A stretch of DNA of 64,000 bases from Nymphaea colorata. Lineage: Eukaryota. Below, piece after piece: positions 26,488 through 40,367 of this stretch (positions are counted from its first letter, which is position 1; every line of letters begins with the position of its first letter). Location: positions 16,864,001-16,928,000 of the forward strand of contig NC_045138.2 of the NCBI RefSeq assembly GCF_008831285.2, written 5' to 3'. Both the position numbers and the translations under genes were made by a program. The notes under the pieces are model-generated. The model was given only the letters and a program-made list of their open reading frames with translations, did no database searches and was not told the origin of the DNA.

Positions 26488-27888
26488 GTAAAGAATACTT
26501 TGCAAGTTTGCAAGAATTATCAGGCGTAAGTGTTACTGCTTTTGCGCTACTGATGTTCTTTGCAGTTCTCCAGACATAAAAGTTATTTCTTTTGCACTAC
26601 TAATATTCTGCACTACAAGTTCTCCAGACATAAGAATTATTGATTGATCCCAGCAGAATTGCAAGATGAATATTGATTGACATGTATCATGGGAGTAAGT
26701 AGGCAGACCCGCCCCAAGGCCCAGCCCAGCCCGCCTCAAAGCCTGTCCCAACCCGCCCGGCCCGTTAACAATTGGGCCGGGCCAGGCCTCGGGTATAAAC
26801 TGAAACCCGAGGCCTGATATTACATAAGCCCGGCCCGGCCCATTTAGAAACAGGCCGGGCCTCGGGCCGGCCCGTTTCTAATGCCGGGCTTTGATGGTCG
26901 GCCCGGCCCGATGCCCAGCCTTACTTTAAACTAGATTATGAGCTTCTAACCCAAATAGGTACATTAAAATTGAATGACTCTGTTAAAGTTGGGGCATTGA
27001 TCTCTACGAGAAGACAGATTTGACACAAAGAAGCACTTTGAGGCTTCCTTTTCACGTTCACTTCCCATCCTCTATTCCATGAAACTACTAGTTTGGAACA
27101 GCTACTATCCATGTTGCAGATTGAGGGGCAGCGTGTGTGCAGGTTCTTTCTAACAACATGCAATTGATTAAAGTATGTGGCAAGTGATTTGTGGTCAAAC
27201 TCAACTTCAACCAGACAACATATGCAGGTTGAAGTCGCATCTCAATTTTTGTTATCGTAACCCTTCTAAGGAGCTGAGTATCATTTTGTTTTACTCCTTG
27301 CAATCTAATGTTATTTTTTATTGGGACCCCTCTTCTTGTGGATGAAATTTGAACTCGTTGCTTAGCTCTTTACCATAAGTGATACTTGTGTGTTCTTTCT
27401 GTGTACATTCCTTCCACTCTTTTGTATCTTTTGTTCATAGCTCTTCAATAATATAATATGGTAATATCCACAGCAGAATTTCCCCAGCAGGATTGCATTG
27501 GATTGGAGGGAGTGCATTGGATTGGAGGGAGAGGTGTAATCTTAACTTGATTTATCTCAATTTTTAAAGATCTAAGATAAAGCCAAACGGCCTTAAGTTC
27601 TAAGATCCACGCCCATTAAGAGGTTCGAGCACCAATCTGAACATATTCGCGTGCCGTACCTCCAAAGTATCCAGTTACCATGAATTGTTGAATAGATTGA
27701 ACGTTTTTACAGTGGTTTTGCGAAAAAACAGGGCAAAAACGAACGATACGCCGAAATGCCGCCCATAAGATTTGTATTACAATAGACGGATATTAGAAAT
27801 ATACGATCTTTTAAAATATGTGAGATTAGCCTCTAACTCCAGTCGACCCGCCGCAAGAGCGTGCCAGGAAGGGAGGGAGAGAGGGACC

Positions 27889-28321
27889 ATGGCCGCCACT
27901 GCTGCTGCAGCAGTCCAGGGGCTAACGAGGGTTAGGTTCTCTGAGCTTCGGCCCCAACTTTCTGATCAGGTTCTTGGAGTTCTGGAAGAGGAGGGGTTCG
28001 AATTTTGTACCCCCGTTCAGGTCGCTACTATCCCCTTGCTCTGCTCGTTCAAGGACGTTTGCGTCGATGCCGCTACCGGTTCCGGGAAGACCCTCGCTTT
28101 CGTCGTCCCACTCGTCGAGATCGTCCGCCGAGCCACTGCCCAGCAACCCCTGAAGCCCCACCAGGTTGGTGGTCCACCACCCGCTTGATTTCATCTTTGC
28201 TAGTTCTGTGAACAATGTTCTATGGGCATTCAATCTTTTCTCTGTAGTGGAGGTTTTAGTTAACGGCTCAATTTCTGTTATTATTGTTGGCTTTCTGCAT
28301 TTGTGATTGAGTTCGGTGATT

Positions 28322-28363
<42 letters not shown>

Positions 28364-31300
28364 GGAGCCGTCGATAAGCACCTATGATTCAGAAAAATTG
28401 GGAAACACTGTGATACGCTGTAGAGTTCAGTTCTCAAGTTTATTAGTAGTTCTGCTTTAGTGAGTGCATCCTGATGCAGAGTTTGGTTGTCTCAGAGGAC
28501 CATGGCGAAGTGATAAACTCTAGAGACTGATTACATATCATTCAGGACATTATTGAACTGCATTTCAATGTTATTCTCAGTAGTCAGTATTCATAGTTCT
28601 TATTTCATCACTGTGCTACTAAGATAGTTTCTGTTTCTTTCTACGCAATTCTATTGTTTTCGTTTAAAATGGAATTAGGTACTAATGATAACACACTCAG
28701 GTTTCAGGAATCATTATTTCACCAACAAGAGAATTGTCCACTCAGATATACCATGTCGCGCAGCCATTTACTTCGACTGTCCCTAATTTTAAAACCATGC
28801 TTCTTGTTGGAGGGTTGGATATAAAAGTTGATTTAAAGAAAATAGAGGAGGAAGGTGCGAATCTTCTCATAGGCACTCCTGGAAGGCTATACGACATAAT
28901 GGAACGCGTGGAAAGCTTGGACTTTAGAAGCTTGGAGGTATGTTCATCTCCCCACGTTTCCTGCAGAACTTAATCATCTGAGCCATGAATCTTTACAGTT
29001 AAGTCTAGGATTCCTTCATCTGCACTGCATTGTACTTGATAAACATTACATAAATAAGTCATATGAGAATTTGCTAGCAAGTGATGGGTTTGTTCTTTGG
29101 GCACTATGTTGAGCTTTCAAGACGTTTCTATAAATAGAGTTATTCTACGACTTTCTGGTTCTTGTACATGAATACTTTTTCTGACTTTTATTCTATGCGA
29201 GAAAAAGAAAGGAAGTCTACCAGAACAGTTTGTATTGTCGGAATGAGAGACTTTCTTACAGTATTATGAAGAAAAGGTATTGAGCAGTTTGTATTGCACA
29301 ATATGTCTCTTAATTTCCTTACACCATCGTGGGAAGCAGGTTTTGATTCTTGATGAGGCAGATAGACTTCTAGATATGGGTTTCCAAAAGCAAATCTCTT
29401 CCATAATAACTCGTTTACCAAAGCAACGAAGAACTGGTCTTTTCTCTGCCACTCAAACGGAGGCTGTTGAAGAGCTATCCAGAGCAGGATTGAGAAACCC
29501 TACGAAGGTTGAAGTTAGAACTGATGCCCAGTTACCAGCTGACTCTATGGCAGAAAGATCCTCTTCCAAGACACCATTGGGGCTCCATATTGAGGTACTA
29601 AAAATTGCATGTAATTAATCTAATCTGATAGATTTAGTACTTTGTTGTGGGTCTTCGTCCTCCAGAAAATGCATCTGGAGAAGAAAAGGGGTCATCACAT
29701 TTTACTTGTACAGAAGAAAAAATCTCGTTTCAGTAAAATAAAGAATGACATACAAAGAAAAAAAGCTAGAAATGGATAAGCATGCGTTGACTTGTATATC
29801 CATTAAAAGCAGTGAGAGCGGTCTGGTGCCTTCTGTTCTGATAGGTGATTAGGTACCAGCTATAAGGTATTGAAAGTGTGCTTCTTAGAATAGAGTGATG
29901 ATGACTATTTCTATGTATAGGCTTCCCCTATTTTTGCTTCTTGCTCCTGTTATATTATATTATATACTGTGTCATCTTGCAGCCAGAATGTGGAGATAGA
30001 TTATGTTAGGTCTTGGATAAAAAAGGACATCTGAGTTCCTTTTCCATTTTACATATATCAAAGCAAACATATTCTTAAAAAACTGTTCCTCAATTTCTAA
30101 TTTCCTTATTACCTCGATATGTAGTATCTCGAATGTGGAGCAGAGGTGAAGCCATCACATCTTGTTGATTTTCTGTACAATAATAAACAAAAGAAAGTCA
30201 TAGTGTAAGTCTCTTTTTCAATATTTTTATTATATCAGGCATTTCATGGTTAGTACCTTAAAAGGTGACAAGCATTATTTCTTGATTTTCTTTTGGGCGC
30301 ATTGGCCTGAATTTCCACTTATCCCATTTCTTGCTCTGTTGTTGGCAGCTATTTCATGACCTGTGCTTGTGTTGATTACTGGGGAGTTGTCTTACCTCAG
30401 CTTGGACTTCTTAAAGGTTGTTATATTGTTCCACTCCATGGAAAAATGAAGCAGGTAAAAATAAATAAATAAATGAATAGATAAGTATGCAGGACAAATG
30501 TGCATTGTGGGGTACACTGATCCTGGGATCATCATATTCCATCATTTTATTTGTCATAGACTCATACAGTTAATTTGAGTTGGTACCATCAGAGCCATTA
30601 CTGGATGTTGCAACCTTAATTTACTAGTGGATGTCTTTTAGGTGCTAAAATAAAGTTGAAATTTCATGCAGACTGCTAGAGAGAAAGCTTTAGCTTCTTT
30701 CATGGAATTGTCAAGTGGTATCCTGTTATGTACTGATGTTGCAGCACGAGGGCTTGACATTCCAGGGGTTGATTGGATAATCCAGGTATGCTGCATTTAA
30801 ACTTTTATCTTTCCTTTTGCTGTGTTGCATCATGTTTGCTTTCAGAAACTAATGTTCAGAAAGAACATACACATTTTATGAAATTCTCAAAGAGGTATAA
30901 CCTGTTCAGACATATCATGTCATTTTTACCGTCATATAGTTATGTATGTGTATATATGAGATATGTAAATTGACTACAAACAACAAATTTATAATTAGCA
31001 AGCTATGACTCTATCAATGATTCAATGAAAAAGAAAGCAAATTGTTGTTGCCGCATCTGAGCTGCATCTATACCCACATCTGCACCCAGGTCCTGTCCAC
31101 TTGGGTGTGCAGCTGTTTTCTGGAGTCCATGTAGCTTAGCATTTTACTTGCCCCATCAGAGACATTGCTGGTGTGCTTCATGAAGATAAAGGACCTTTTA
31201 TTTGGCTACAGTGTGTAAAAGTAGCTAATTTAGGGGGGGAAAAATGCTTTGCGGATGTGCTTTAGCTTTTCCAATACTTCAAACCATGATAGTTGTATGC

Positions 31301-34184
31301 ATATATGGGGCACATAGATCACAAACAGCTATTATTTAATCAAGTTTTCAAATGAACATGTGAAAGGAGGAGTGTTGAAGATTAGCTTCTGGGTAGAATG
31401 ATCTTTCATACATTTTATGGAGTTCTGGTGCAGAAGTTATTTCTTGTTTTCTAATTGCTAGTTACATGTGATAAAAATCACCTGGAATTTGAGGTCGTTT
31501 GTTTTTACTAATTTTTTGTAATGCTAAACGCAATGGACTTGCTTGTGGCTGTTTTGTCTTTTTTTTTGGTGTGATGTGTACAAAGTTGGTTAGGAGTTAG
31601 TCCTTTGGATGACAATATGCATGAACTCTATTTAAAGTTGTCTTTTGGAGTTCTGGTGTACATGTAGTTTTGGTGTCTATGCCTGGTTTCATGATTATCT
31701 AATGATTCTAATCTGTTTATTATTGGCTTGCTGCTTGTCTCTGTACTTTGCAGTATGACCCGCCTCAAGATCCAAATATGTTTGTGCACCGTGTTGGTCG
31801 GACTGCACGCATGGGTAGACCAGGAAGTGCTATCGTATTCCTACTGCCCAAGGTAGTTTATTGGTAGAAAATTCAATAATTCGTATCAAGCAATGATTGT
31901 TGTCCAAAAAATTCTCTTGCAAACTCTACAGCTCCTGTGGCAATAGGATACAGAGATTATTACCAGGAGAAGATGTGCTCAATGGATGTATACTGTCTTT
32001 CTACTATTTATCCATCTAATTATCTTATTTCTGCATTTAAAGGAGGAAGCGTATGTTGATTTTCTACGTATAAGAAGAGTTCCTCTTGAAGAAAGGAAGT
32101 GTTCTGCTGCTGCTTTAGATGTAGTTCCTCAGGTAATTTATTAGTTACTTATTGAAAATTTTCTACGTGTCCAACAATTAGTTTGATTCTTGAAGCATTT
32201 ATATGGTGAATATCTTCAAATCATTACGAGATGAGGTCTAATTCCAACTTTTCAAATCCATTCTTTGTCCGAGTTCGAGGAAGATTAAACCCTTTTCCAT
32301 TTATTAGAAAAGATAAACTTCCTCATGCAACAGCCTTTCCATTTTTTTGGCTTCTGTTGCATATGCTGATTATGTTGTGAGATTTTATGTTATTTCCGAT
32401 TGTCTTGGAAAGTAAAGATTTATTATGAGTATTCATTATTATTTGGAAGTCTGGAACATTAGGTGACATCCTGGAAGAATGTCCAATTACTAATGAATAT
32501 TGTTTAGCTTCACAATAATCATTCTTAATTGCTAGTTTCCATTGGAATTTCTGCATTTTTTGCTGAGCTGCAAATTTATTCCACTGGTTCCTTCAGGGGG
32601 TTAGGATGTCTTTCAAAGGATATAAGAGAGTCAATTTGAATAGAATGCTAATTTCCCAAAGATATTTCTTTTTGCTGAAAAAATTACGTTTTAATCCTGA
32701 TATGGTGCGGCATTCTTGGGATCTAGTGAAACTTTCTATACATAACAAGTAGTCCTAACTTGAGCTTGGCTCAGGTTCATTTGCTTATCAAGTAAGAACA
32801 GACGTGCAAGCTTATTTTATGCATAAACTGAGCTTGAATATCCCTATTAGGTTGATGATGCTTACATAGATTCCGAAGTGTCCTTATGTAGAATATTCAT
32901 TACATTAGTAAAGCAAAGTTTCCTGGTGGTGAAGTATGTGCCTTTGGGAGAGGCGCACAATCTGAATCCAGCTCCTTTTTAATGGTGATTTTCTTCATTA
33001 AGTAATAACTGCCTAAAATCAAAACATGTTTTTTCATTACTGGACAACCTGAAAATGGCAATTGTAAGCAACATATTAAAGAAGTCGGAAGTAGGTTTTC
33101 AATTCATATGCTGTTGACATCAAATGGATTCAAATTCTGGTTGTTGGAAGAAGCGTCTTTTTGGTAAGGAACTGAGTTGGAAGATGTACATTTTTTGTGC
33201 AAAACAAGTGATGGATTTGACTTTGAGAAACTCCAACGCTATCTGATTCGCTTGAGCAAACTAATAGCCTTATTCATGCAGATACGTGAAGCTGCAAGAA
33301 AAGACCGTGATGTTATGGAAAAGGGACTGAAGGCATTTGTATCATATATTCGTGCGTATAAAGAACATCAGTGTTCATATATTTTCAGGTTAGTCATTTT
33401 ACCCCCTTTCTGTTGTATTGGTTTGATTCTTTCTACTTATATTTCAAATAATTTAGGTGGAAAGAGCTGGAGATAGGGAAGCTAGGAATGGGTTATGGCT
33501 TATTGCAGCTTCCTTCAATGGCAGAGTTGAAGCATCATAACTTGTCAACCGATGGTTTTATCCCTGTGGAGAACATCAACTTGTCAGAGATAAAGTACAA
33601 GTAAGTTTCATATTTTCAACCATAACCCAAAAGGAACCCTACCAGGGTGTTCATTTTGTCTTCACAAATCTTATTCATGTATCTAATTCAGAGACAAAGC
33701 TCGTGAGAAGCAACGCAAGAAGAAAATGTTACGGAAACAAGAACTGGAACATTTGGAGCCAAAACCTGACAAACCAAAGACAAATGTTGACACAAGCAAG
33801 ACAGTTACAAGGAAGAAAACAGGTAGGCAGCGGCGGGCTGTGCAGAGTATGCAAGACGAAGATGAATTGGAAAGAGAATATCGTTTACTAAAGAAGCTGA
33901 AGAAGGGAAAAATCAGTGAAAGTGAGTTTTCAAAACTGATGGGACTTGGTGATTGCTTAAGTGGGGAATCAGAGTTAGAGGAGTCTCAAATTAGCAACCC
34001 GGAGATGAGTGAGTCCACAAAAGCAGTGAGAAGGACGGGAAAAAATAGCAAGCAGCACAAAGGAGCTACTAAAATCTCAAGTATGGCATCTAGCAGAAAG
34101 GAAAGCCAAGATCTAAGGCGGAGCAAGTTGGGTGGTAGCCATAGGCATGGCAAAAAGGGCAAGGCTCAGAGGCAGAAAAAGTGA
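27889..34184 (+). CDS. RH18: DEAD-box ATP-dependent RNA helicase 18 (SPB4/DDX55-like), 11 exons, 666 aa
   Basis: Exons 27889-28164, 28701-28937, 29340-29594, 30125-30204, 30349-30454, 30672-30785, 31754-31852, 32043-32132, 33282-33388, 33457-33600, 33692-34184 (2001 nt, all GT-AG, phases consistent). Motifs [48 protein letters not shown], and SPB4-type [11 protein letters not shown] and [12 protein letters not shown]. Confidence 0.95.
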
Positions 34185-34596
34185 ACACGACAGCAAGTCG
34201 GTAGACACAGTTGTGCACAAGTTCAGTACTGCTATCAAATGACACAACAGGAAATTATCTTCTCATGTTGTTCCAACAGCAACAAAGAAGTCTGGCGGAG
34301 CACTGAAATGAATTGGCAGTCCTGAAACGAATGTTCTGGTGCTGTTGTAACCATAGAACATTTAGTTTGGGCCTTGCTTGGTGGGCTACAATTTTGACTC
34401 TACTTCGAGAGCTTTATTTGTGGGAAAACCTATTGCCCGATCCCAACTATGCTCTTTTATTCAGTTACTGAGCCGTGTTTATTTGAGATGCTAACGGGCA
34501 TATTTTCCAGGAAACCCACGTCCGTTTGTATAACTCGTTGCCCGCAACCATGCGTTTCAATATATGAAAAGATCGGGTTTTCTGCATCTGTCCCAA

Positions 34597-34640
<44 letters not shown>

Positions 34641-35167
34641 TAGAGAATGATCAACAACCCCATCTCAATGTCACTGAAATAACACTCCTCAGCCTCGCTC
34701 TCAATGCCATCAGGAAAAGAGCACAAGACTCAAGATGATGGTGCCCACGAAAATCAAATCGAACGTCTCGATACGTGCCTCCTTCCCAACCACCTACGCT
34801 ATTCATTCTCATCTCCCCTATTGAGCATTAGAAGAATAGAAAAACGAGTTCAACTCTTGTCCATATCTTGGCAGAGATGACGTGGATTCTTTGACCTGTG
34901 TGAACAAATGGGAAAGGAACTGAAGGGTTCAACTCTCTCTATCCGTCTCTCCAAGATTCAAGCATGGAGGCGTACGCACGGTCAATATTCCAGCAAGGTG
35001 GGGTTACCTACCACCGCCTCAGCCCTCGATTCATAAATCTCCCAGCCCACCTCTCCATTGCATGCATACTGTATAGCTTCATATAGTTGAGTCCCCAACT
35101 CCATATTGCCCATATATAGTTGAATCAGCCCAGAGAGAGAGAGAGAGAGAGATAGAGCGAGAGAGAC

Positions 35168-35280
35168 ATGGCGACAACAATCCAAGGGAAGGTTAGAACA
35201 TCATGTACCCAGGTCATGGTGGTTGCCCTACTCGTCTTCCTCCTTTCTGCCTCCTCCATGGCCGAAGGCTGCAAAGGTAG

Positions 35281-35324
<44 letters not shown>

Positions 35325-36204
35325 CCTTCCGTTTGTGGCTACTCAAGAGAGAAAGGAAAATAACATTAACAATAACATTAACATAAGTCCAACAAAAAGT
35401 TGAACTTGAAAAAGATTACATCTACAAATCAGCTCTCAATTCGTGTATGAGGTTGAAGGTACCAGTAGTTCCCCATAGGTTACGGGAAATTAACCAAACG
35501 TCATACAAAATGGAGGAAGCCATCCGTTCAACTGAAACCGCCTCATTTCTATAAATAATGTCATTTCTAGAGTTCCAGATGACCCACCAAAACGTAAAGA
35601 GCCAAATTCTCCAAATGGTGCATCATTTCTTTTTGTTTCTCACTCTAGTTGGTCCATGGAGCAGGTCCCAAACCAACAGTTTGAGGCTTTTTAGCTCTAA
35701 ATTTTAGCATGTCCTTAGGAAACCATATTGAGTTCTTTGCTCTTAAATCTGTCAGCACGTAACATATCACATCGCCACAGAGCCACAAAACAGCCAGTAT
35801 ATCAGACTGCAAGCCTTCTACGTTTATGAACTGAATATTAGAGTTGCATATTGCTACGTTGATCAGATTCTGTATCATGCGTGATCAAGATCCGGGTTTG
35901 TTTCTAAAGTTGCACTAAAGCGGAGACTATTGGCAACTATATGTACATAGACTGACAGTTCTTGCTATGACCAACTGCGTTCTTCTTTGAATTGATCGAT
36001 TTTGTAGGGAAGAATTCATGGCCGGAGCTGGTGGGCAGGGATGGATCGACGGCCGAAGCCATCATCAAAGCCGAGAATCCATATGTGAAGATTGTCGACA
36101 TAGTGCCGGAAGGCTCTTTCGTTATTCAAGACTTCCGCTGTGACCGGGTCTTCGTCTGGGTTAAGCCCAACAACACCATCTACCTTACCCCGAAAATCGG
36201 GTAA
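35168..36204 (+). CDS. Potato inhibitor I family (I13/PR-6) serine protease inhibitor #1, 101 aa with signal peptide
   Basis: Exon1 35168-35276 (ends GCK-G, phase 1), exon2 36008-36204 GKNSWPELVG...EGSFVIQDFRCDRVFVWV...TPKIG*. Confidence 0.92.
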
Positions 36205-36564
36205 AGCACCATGCATTGACCTTCCTCCCAAAGTCTGCTTATTGCTAAATAAATCAGCCACGTGTAGTAGAAATAAGGCTTTTATAATGCAACAGTACAA
36301 CAAGATGTTTATTAATGAAAAATAAGCCTACATATTGGCATGATTATAATCTTATTCTTGCTGGCAATCTTTTTATGAGTTCCTTTCTTCCTTTAATTTA
36401 ATACGCGAAAGCATTGAAATTTTAACAAGACGAGCACTTAGGGAAGTTAAAACGAAGGAAGCCAACATGCTTAAGTGGATATGGGTTTGAGTACAGACTA
36501 AATCTAGTTTTTTGAATTTAAATCAAGAGTTCAATTGGCTTACTGTCCAATTTCATTTTCACGC

Positions 36565-36999
36565 ATAATGTTAATGGATTGAATTCATATCAGATATATC
36601 GTTAATCATATCTTCTTTTTCAGATATTCACATATTCGGATTCAAATTTGAATAAAGAAAAGTCATATCCGAATCCAAATCTAAAATCCGATTTTACAAT
36701 CAGAATCCGATCCGAATCCAATTTTTATATTTATATCCGAATCTGAATCCAAATTTTGAACCAGATTTTGCCCATTTTCAAAATTTAATAGCATTAGATA
36801 CATGATATTTGTCTAAATCCGATCAGATATTTATGTATATCCAAATTTGAATCCAAATCCAAATCTGATCGGATGCCATTTATTAAATCCGAATCCGATC
36901 CAATTTCTTGATCGGATATTAAATTGTTCTTCATATCCAATCTTTTCAAATTGGTTCGATCGGATATCTGGTTCAAATCTGATATATTGACATCCCTAA
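36565..36999. mobile_element. MITE-like element with AATCCG/GGATAT subterminal repeats; related pieces at ~934-1082, ~22790-23230, ~37737-37790
   Basis: Right end ATTGACATCCCTA and many (A)ATCCGA / TCGGAT repeats. Left end degenerate; no TSD seen. Confidence 0.5.
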
Positions 37000-37810
37000 A
37001 CATATTGTGAGGTCTTTGTTGGGTTTAGGGTTCAGATCTGAACGTGCACATATGCAAGGATGCAACTTGATCCGAAGCTAGTTATGTGCACAAACACATA
37101 ATGACCAAAATACTCTTATTGAACTAAAAAAAAAAGAAACTTTTGATGGAATAAAAAAATTGTGAAAAAGGTTGAAATGTTTAAAATGTTCATTATTTTA
37201 TTAAAAAAATTCAAAAATACCCCCAACCCCTTTTGTGCATAATCGTTGCGTGTACCGAGGTGGTGTGCACGCAACTCCTCTTGGTGCTTATCTCTGGGTT
37301 GGATTTCACCTATATGGCCATCGTTTCTTAAGCCTTGATCTCAACTTGATCTGGGTTCAGCTATCAGTTTTAAGCTTTAATGGTGATCAAGATCATTGAT
37401 TTTGTCTCTGGTCGGAAAACCAGATTGCCGAGACTGCAAAATTCAATTTACTCAAGATTGGACTTGAGTTCGGACTGAGATTAGATTTTGAAACTAAATT
37501 TGGGTCAAGCAGATCTGATTAACCGACATCCGCGTGCAAATGGTTCTGCCTTAGACACAGATTTGTACATGCAATCCGGATTCGATTACTATTAAGAATA
37601 TGTTGGACCACTTGAGGCATGAACTGATCTTGCTTGTTCCGTTTCGTGGCACGCTATCTCGCTCGTCCTCCTCTTCACCATGCAGCAGCAGGTTGAGAAC
37701 GGCATTGGCAAAGGGGGCTTGCAAGGGCTATGAGAATTAAGGATGTCAATATATCAGATTTGAATTGGATATCTGACAGAAGGAATTCGAAAAACTGTAT
37801 GATTACTTCA

Positions 37811-37901
<91 letters not shown>

Positions 37902-37965
37902 ATACATTAAAAATTGCCCTTTAGACACCTTACTTCATCTATATGATACAATAATACATTAAAAA

Positions 37966-38595
37966 TAGAACATGTTTGGGTTGGTAACTTGAGAGCCAAT
38001 GCCCTGGACAGTGTACCTGGCCGTTCCACCAGGCTCTGTATGGGCTGCAGACCAGGCTGCTGGTGGCACCAAAATGGTGATGTGGGTGTCGACGGCATGA
38101 TCATCAACATTGCTAGCATGTTGGCTGACATCGTCACCAACCCCTACAAGAGTGGCCACTTCCAAGGGACACCTACTGTTCCTCTAGAGGCAATGCCGGC
38201 CTGTGTAGAAATATACGACAACCGCATAAGCTTGGATAAGCGTTCTTGCCGTGTATCCCTGCACAGGCCGATGCTGCCTCTAGCGAAGCACTAGTCATTC
38301 CTTGAAAGTAGGCGCTCTTGTAGGGATTGGTGTCCATACCAGGCAACATGCTAGCAATGTTGATGATCATTCCGTCGACACCCACATCACCATTTTGGCG
38401 CCACCAGCAGCCTGGTCTGCAGCCCATGCAGAGGCTAGTGGAATGGCCAGGCGCACTGTCCAGGGAATTGGTTCTCAGAGTTAGCAACCCAAACATGTGC
38501 TAACTTTTCACCGTTAGTCAACAGGAGGGCAGAGTCATGGAGGCTGCAACCGCTAATGCAGAATCCCTCCACTGCAACATCCTTGGATGCGAGTG
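37966..38595. pseudogene. EXORDIUM/PHI-1-derived inverted repeat A (arms ~37966-38220 and ~38246-38502)
   Basis: Both strands encode frameshifted [21 protein letters not shown]...[19 protein letters not shown]....TNP....FQG....PLEA..AC. Arms are reverse complements around a ~25-30 nt loop. Confidence 0.92.
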
Positions 38596-39222
38596 ATGTC
38601 GTTTTAATCAATAAATTAAAATAGTGTCCTTTCAGTAAAAAGATGACAATGTGGCATACCATGCCTATTTGGATGATGGACCTTGAGCGATGCAAAATAT
38701 TGATGTCATATCATGATTTAGCTTGCAGATTTTGTTTAATTTGAATGCATGGTAGTAAGGCATTTGTCTGTGAGCATTGGAGTTAGTATTTTCATTGGGA
38801 GAACAGCTATTAGAGAAGCATTCGTCAAGCAAAGAAAACAAAGGAAAGAGTGGGACGAAGAGAAATACTTTAACTAGCATTCTAGCTAAATCACAAAAGC
38901 AAGGAGAGGAAACTTTGTTGGTTAAAGAAGGCCGATTCTGATCCAATTTATAGTAGAGAAATGGGGTCAGTCTAGAAACTAGAGATACCTTCACAAGGAA
39001 GGAAATTGAACCAAATGAAGCAATTGTGGATGTGAAACAATCAATCCATTTTCTTTTTGCAGGTTTATTGCCTTATTATACATTAATTTTGATTCATGCA
39101 CCATATATAGGATTAGATTGGTAGCTAAGTTGAAGAGATCCTTCCATATATGTCCACGTCCAATATCTATAGAGGAAACAAATAAGATACTTATATGTTG
39201 ATTTCTCATGGCATTTTCCTTG
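38596..39222 (-). promoter_or_regulatory. Repeated leader/promoter cassette upstream (minus strand) of hairpin A
   Basis: Homologous to 41095-41885, 52325-53135 and 63450-63812. Minus-strand CTATAAAT at 38953-38946; putative GT-AG intron 38868-38629. The repeat is certain; promoter function is inferred. Confidence 0.5.
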
Positions 39223-40367
39223 TAACTCAAACTCAAACTCATTTATAACTTGATTTTAACTCGATCTCGAGCTCAACTCCTGTATTAAACGAGTCGACCT
39301 CAGGTGAAGTTTTCACAAACAAGTTCGAGTAGAGCCTCAGTCATTTTACATCTCTAAAATCAGGGTTAAACTTAAAAGACTATCAGGTAGAAGAAGATCA
39401 GCGGGTCGATATTCAATGTGTAATGACTCCGAACGACTTAATGGAGGAAGAAGCTGGAAAGTTGATGAAAGAAAAAGAATGTTTGGCAGCTGCCAACAAT
39501 GTGTAACTTTTATAGTTGTCTAGAACGGCTTGGTGGATCCGATTCCTAATAGCTCGGAAATATGTGAATTCAAATAAAAATAAGTGTTCAAGTAGACACT
39601 GGGATCCTATTTAAATTATTGCAACCGTATAAAATTTAGATGTGCATTTTGAGATGGGTATTAAAATAGCAAGTACTTCAGTTGAAATTTACTTATGTTG
39701 GATTGTAAACGGTGGTTTAAGTATGCTATGGTTCTAATTTGTAGTTGGTCAACTACACTGAACTCGTGGAGGTCATGGACTACTGCAATTATTTGTGGAT
39801 GGTATGAAATCATGTTACTTGTTTTTGTATGTCCAGTACTTAGATGCAGTCGATGTTGATAAATGCATAAACTGTGTGTTGCAAGATCAAGTCACGACCA
39901 TTCTCTTGTTTCTTCTTTTAGTTAACAGATATCTTAGATTGTTGTTTAACTGGATTGGATTGCATTTGGTTTCATGTTTTAATGGAAGAGGTGTTGTAGC
40001 TTCATTTTTTTACGTATTGGATGCTTCTTGCTTAGGTTTAAACCTCTGTAGTTTGTTGTTTTTAAAGATCATCTTTCAATTTGTATTCACGTGAAATGGA
40101 AGGAGAACGAAAAAAACAACTTCTAACGGTCAGGAAAAAAAGTCATTCATGTATTGTACCATGTGCACAAAAAACAGTTAATTTTACCTTGTAAAAAACT
40201 ATCATGTGCATCAAACACAGTTAATTTTACCATGTAAAAAACTACTATGTCATTAAACAGGGCCTCAAATTGGAAGAGGGAAAATTTTCATCCTTTATTT
40301 TTTTCCAGCATTCTTTTTCATAGTAAATTTATCACGATAAACACTTTCCTATCATCAAACGGGGCTT

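Larger units (their letters stand above)
24677..26923. mobile_element. Non-autonomous hAT-superfamily element (2247 bp) with captured gene fragment (Pack-hAT)
   Basis: TIRs TAAGTCTGGGCATTGGGCCGGGC / GCCCGGCCCGATGCCCAGCCTTA. Perfect 8-bp TSD ctttaaac at 24669-24676 and 26924-26931. GGCCCG-rich subterminal blocks; no transposase ORF. Confidence 0.92.

Noticed and set aside
27772..27888. Upstream extension of RH18 exon 1 in the ORF track
   Set aside because: Non-ATG start; the ATG at 27889 has a strong context (accATGG).
30581..30597. tggtaccatcagagcc resembling a tRNA-Met primer-binding site
   Set aside because: Imperfect, lies within a 217-nt RH18 intron, and no adjacent LTR.
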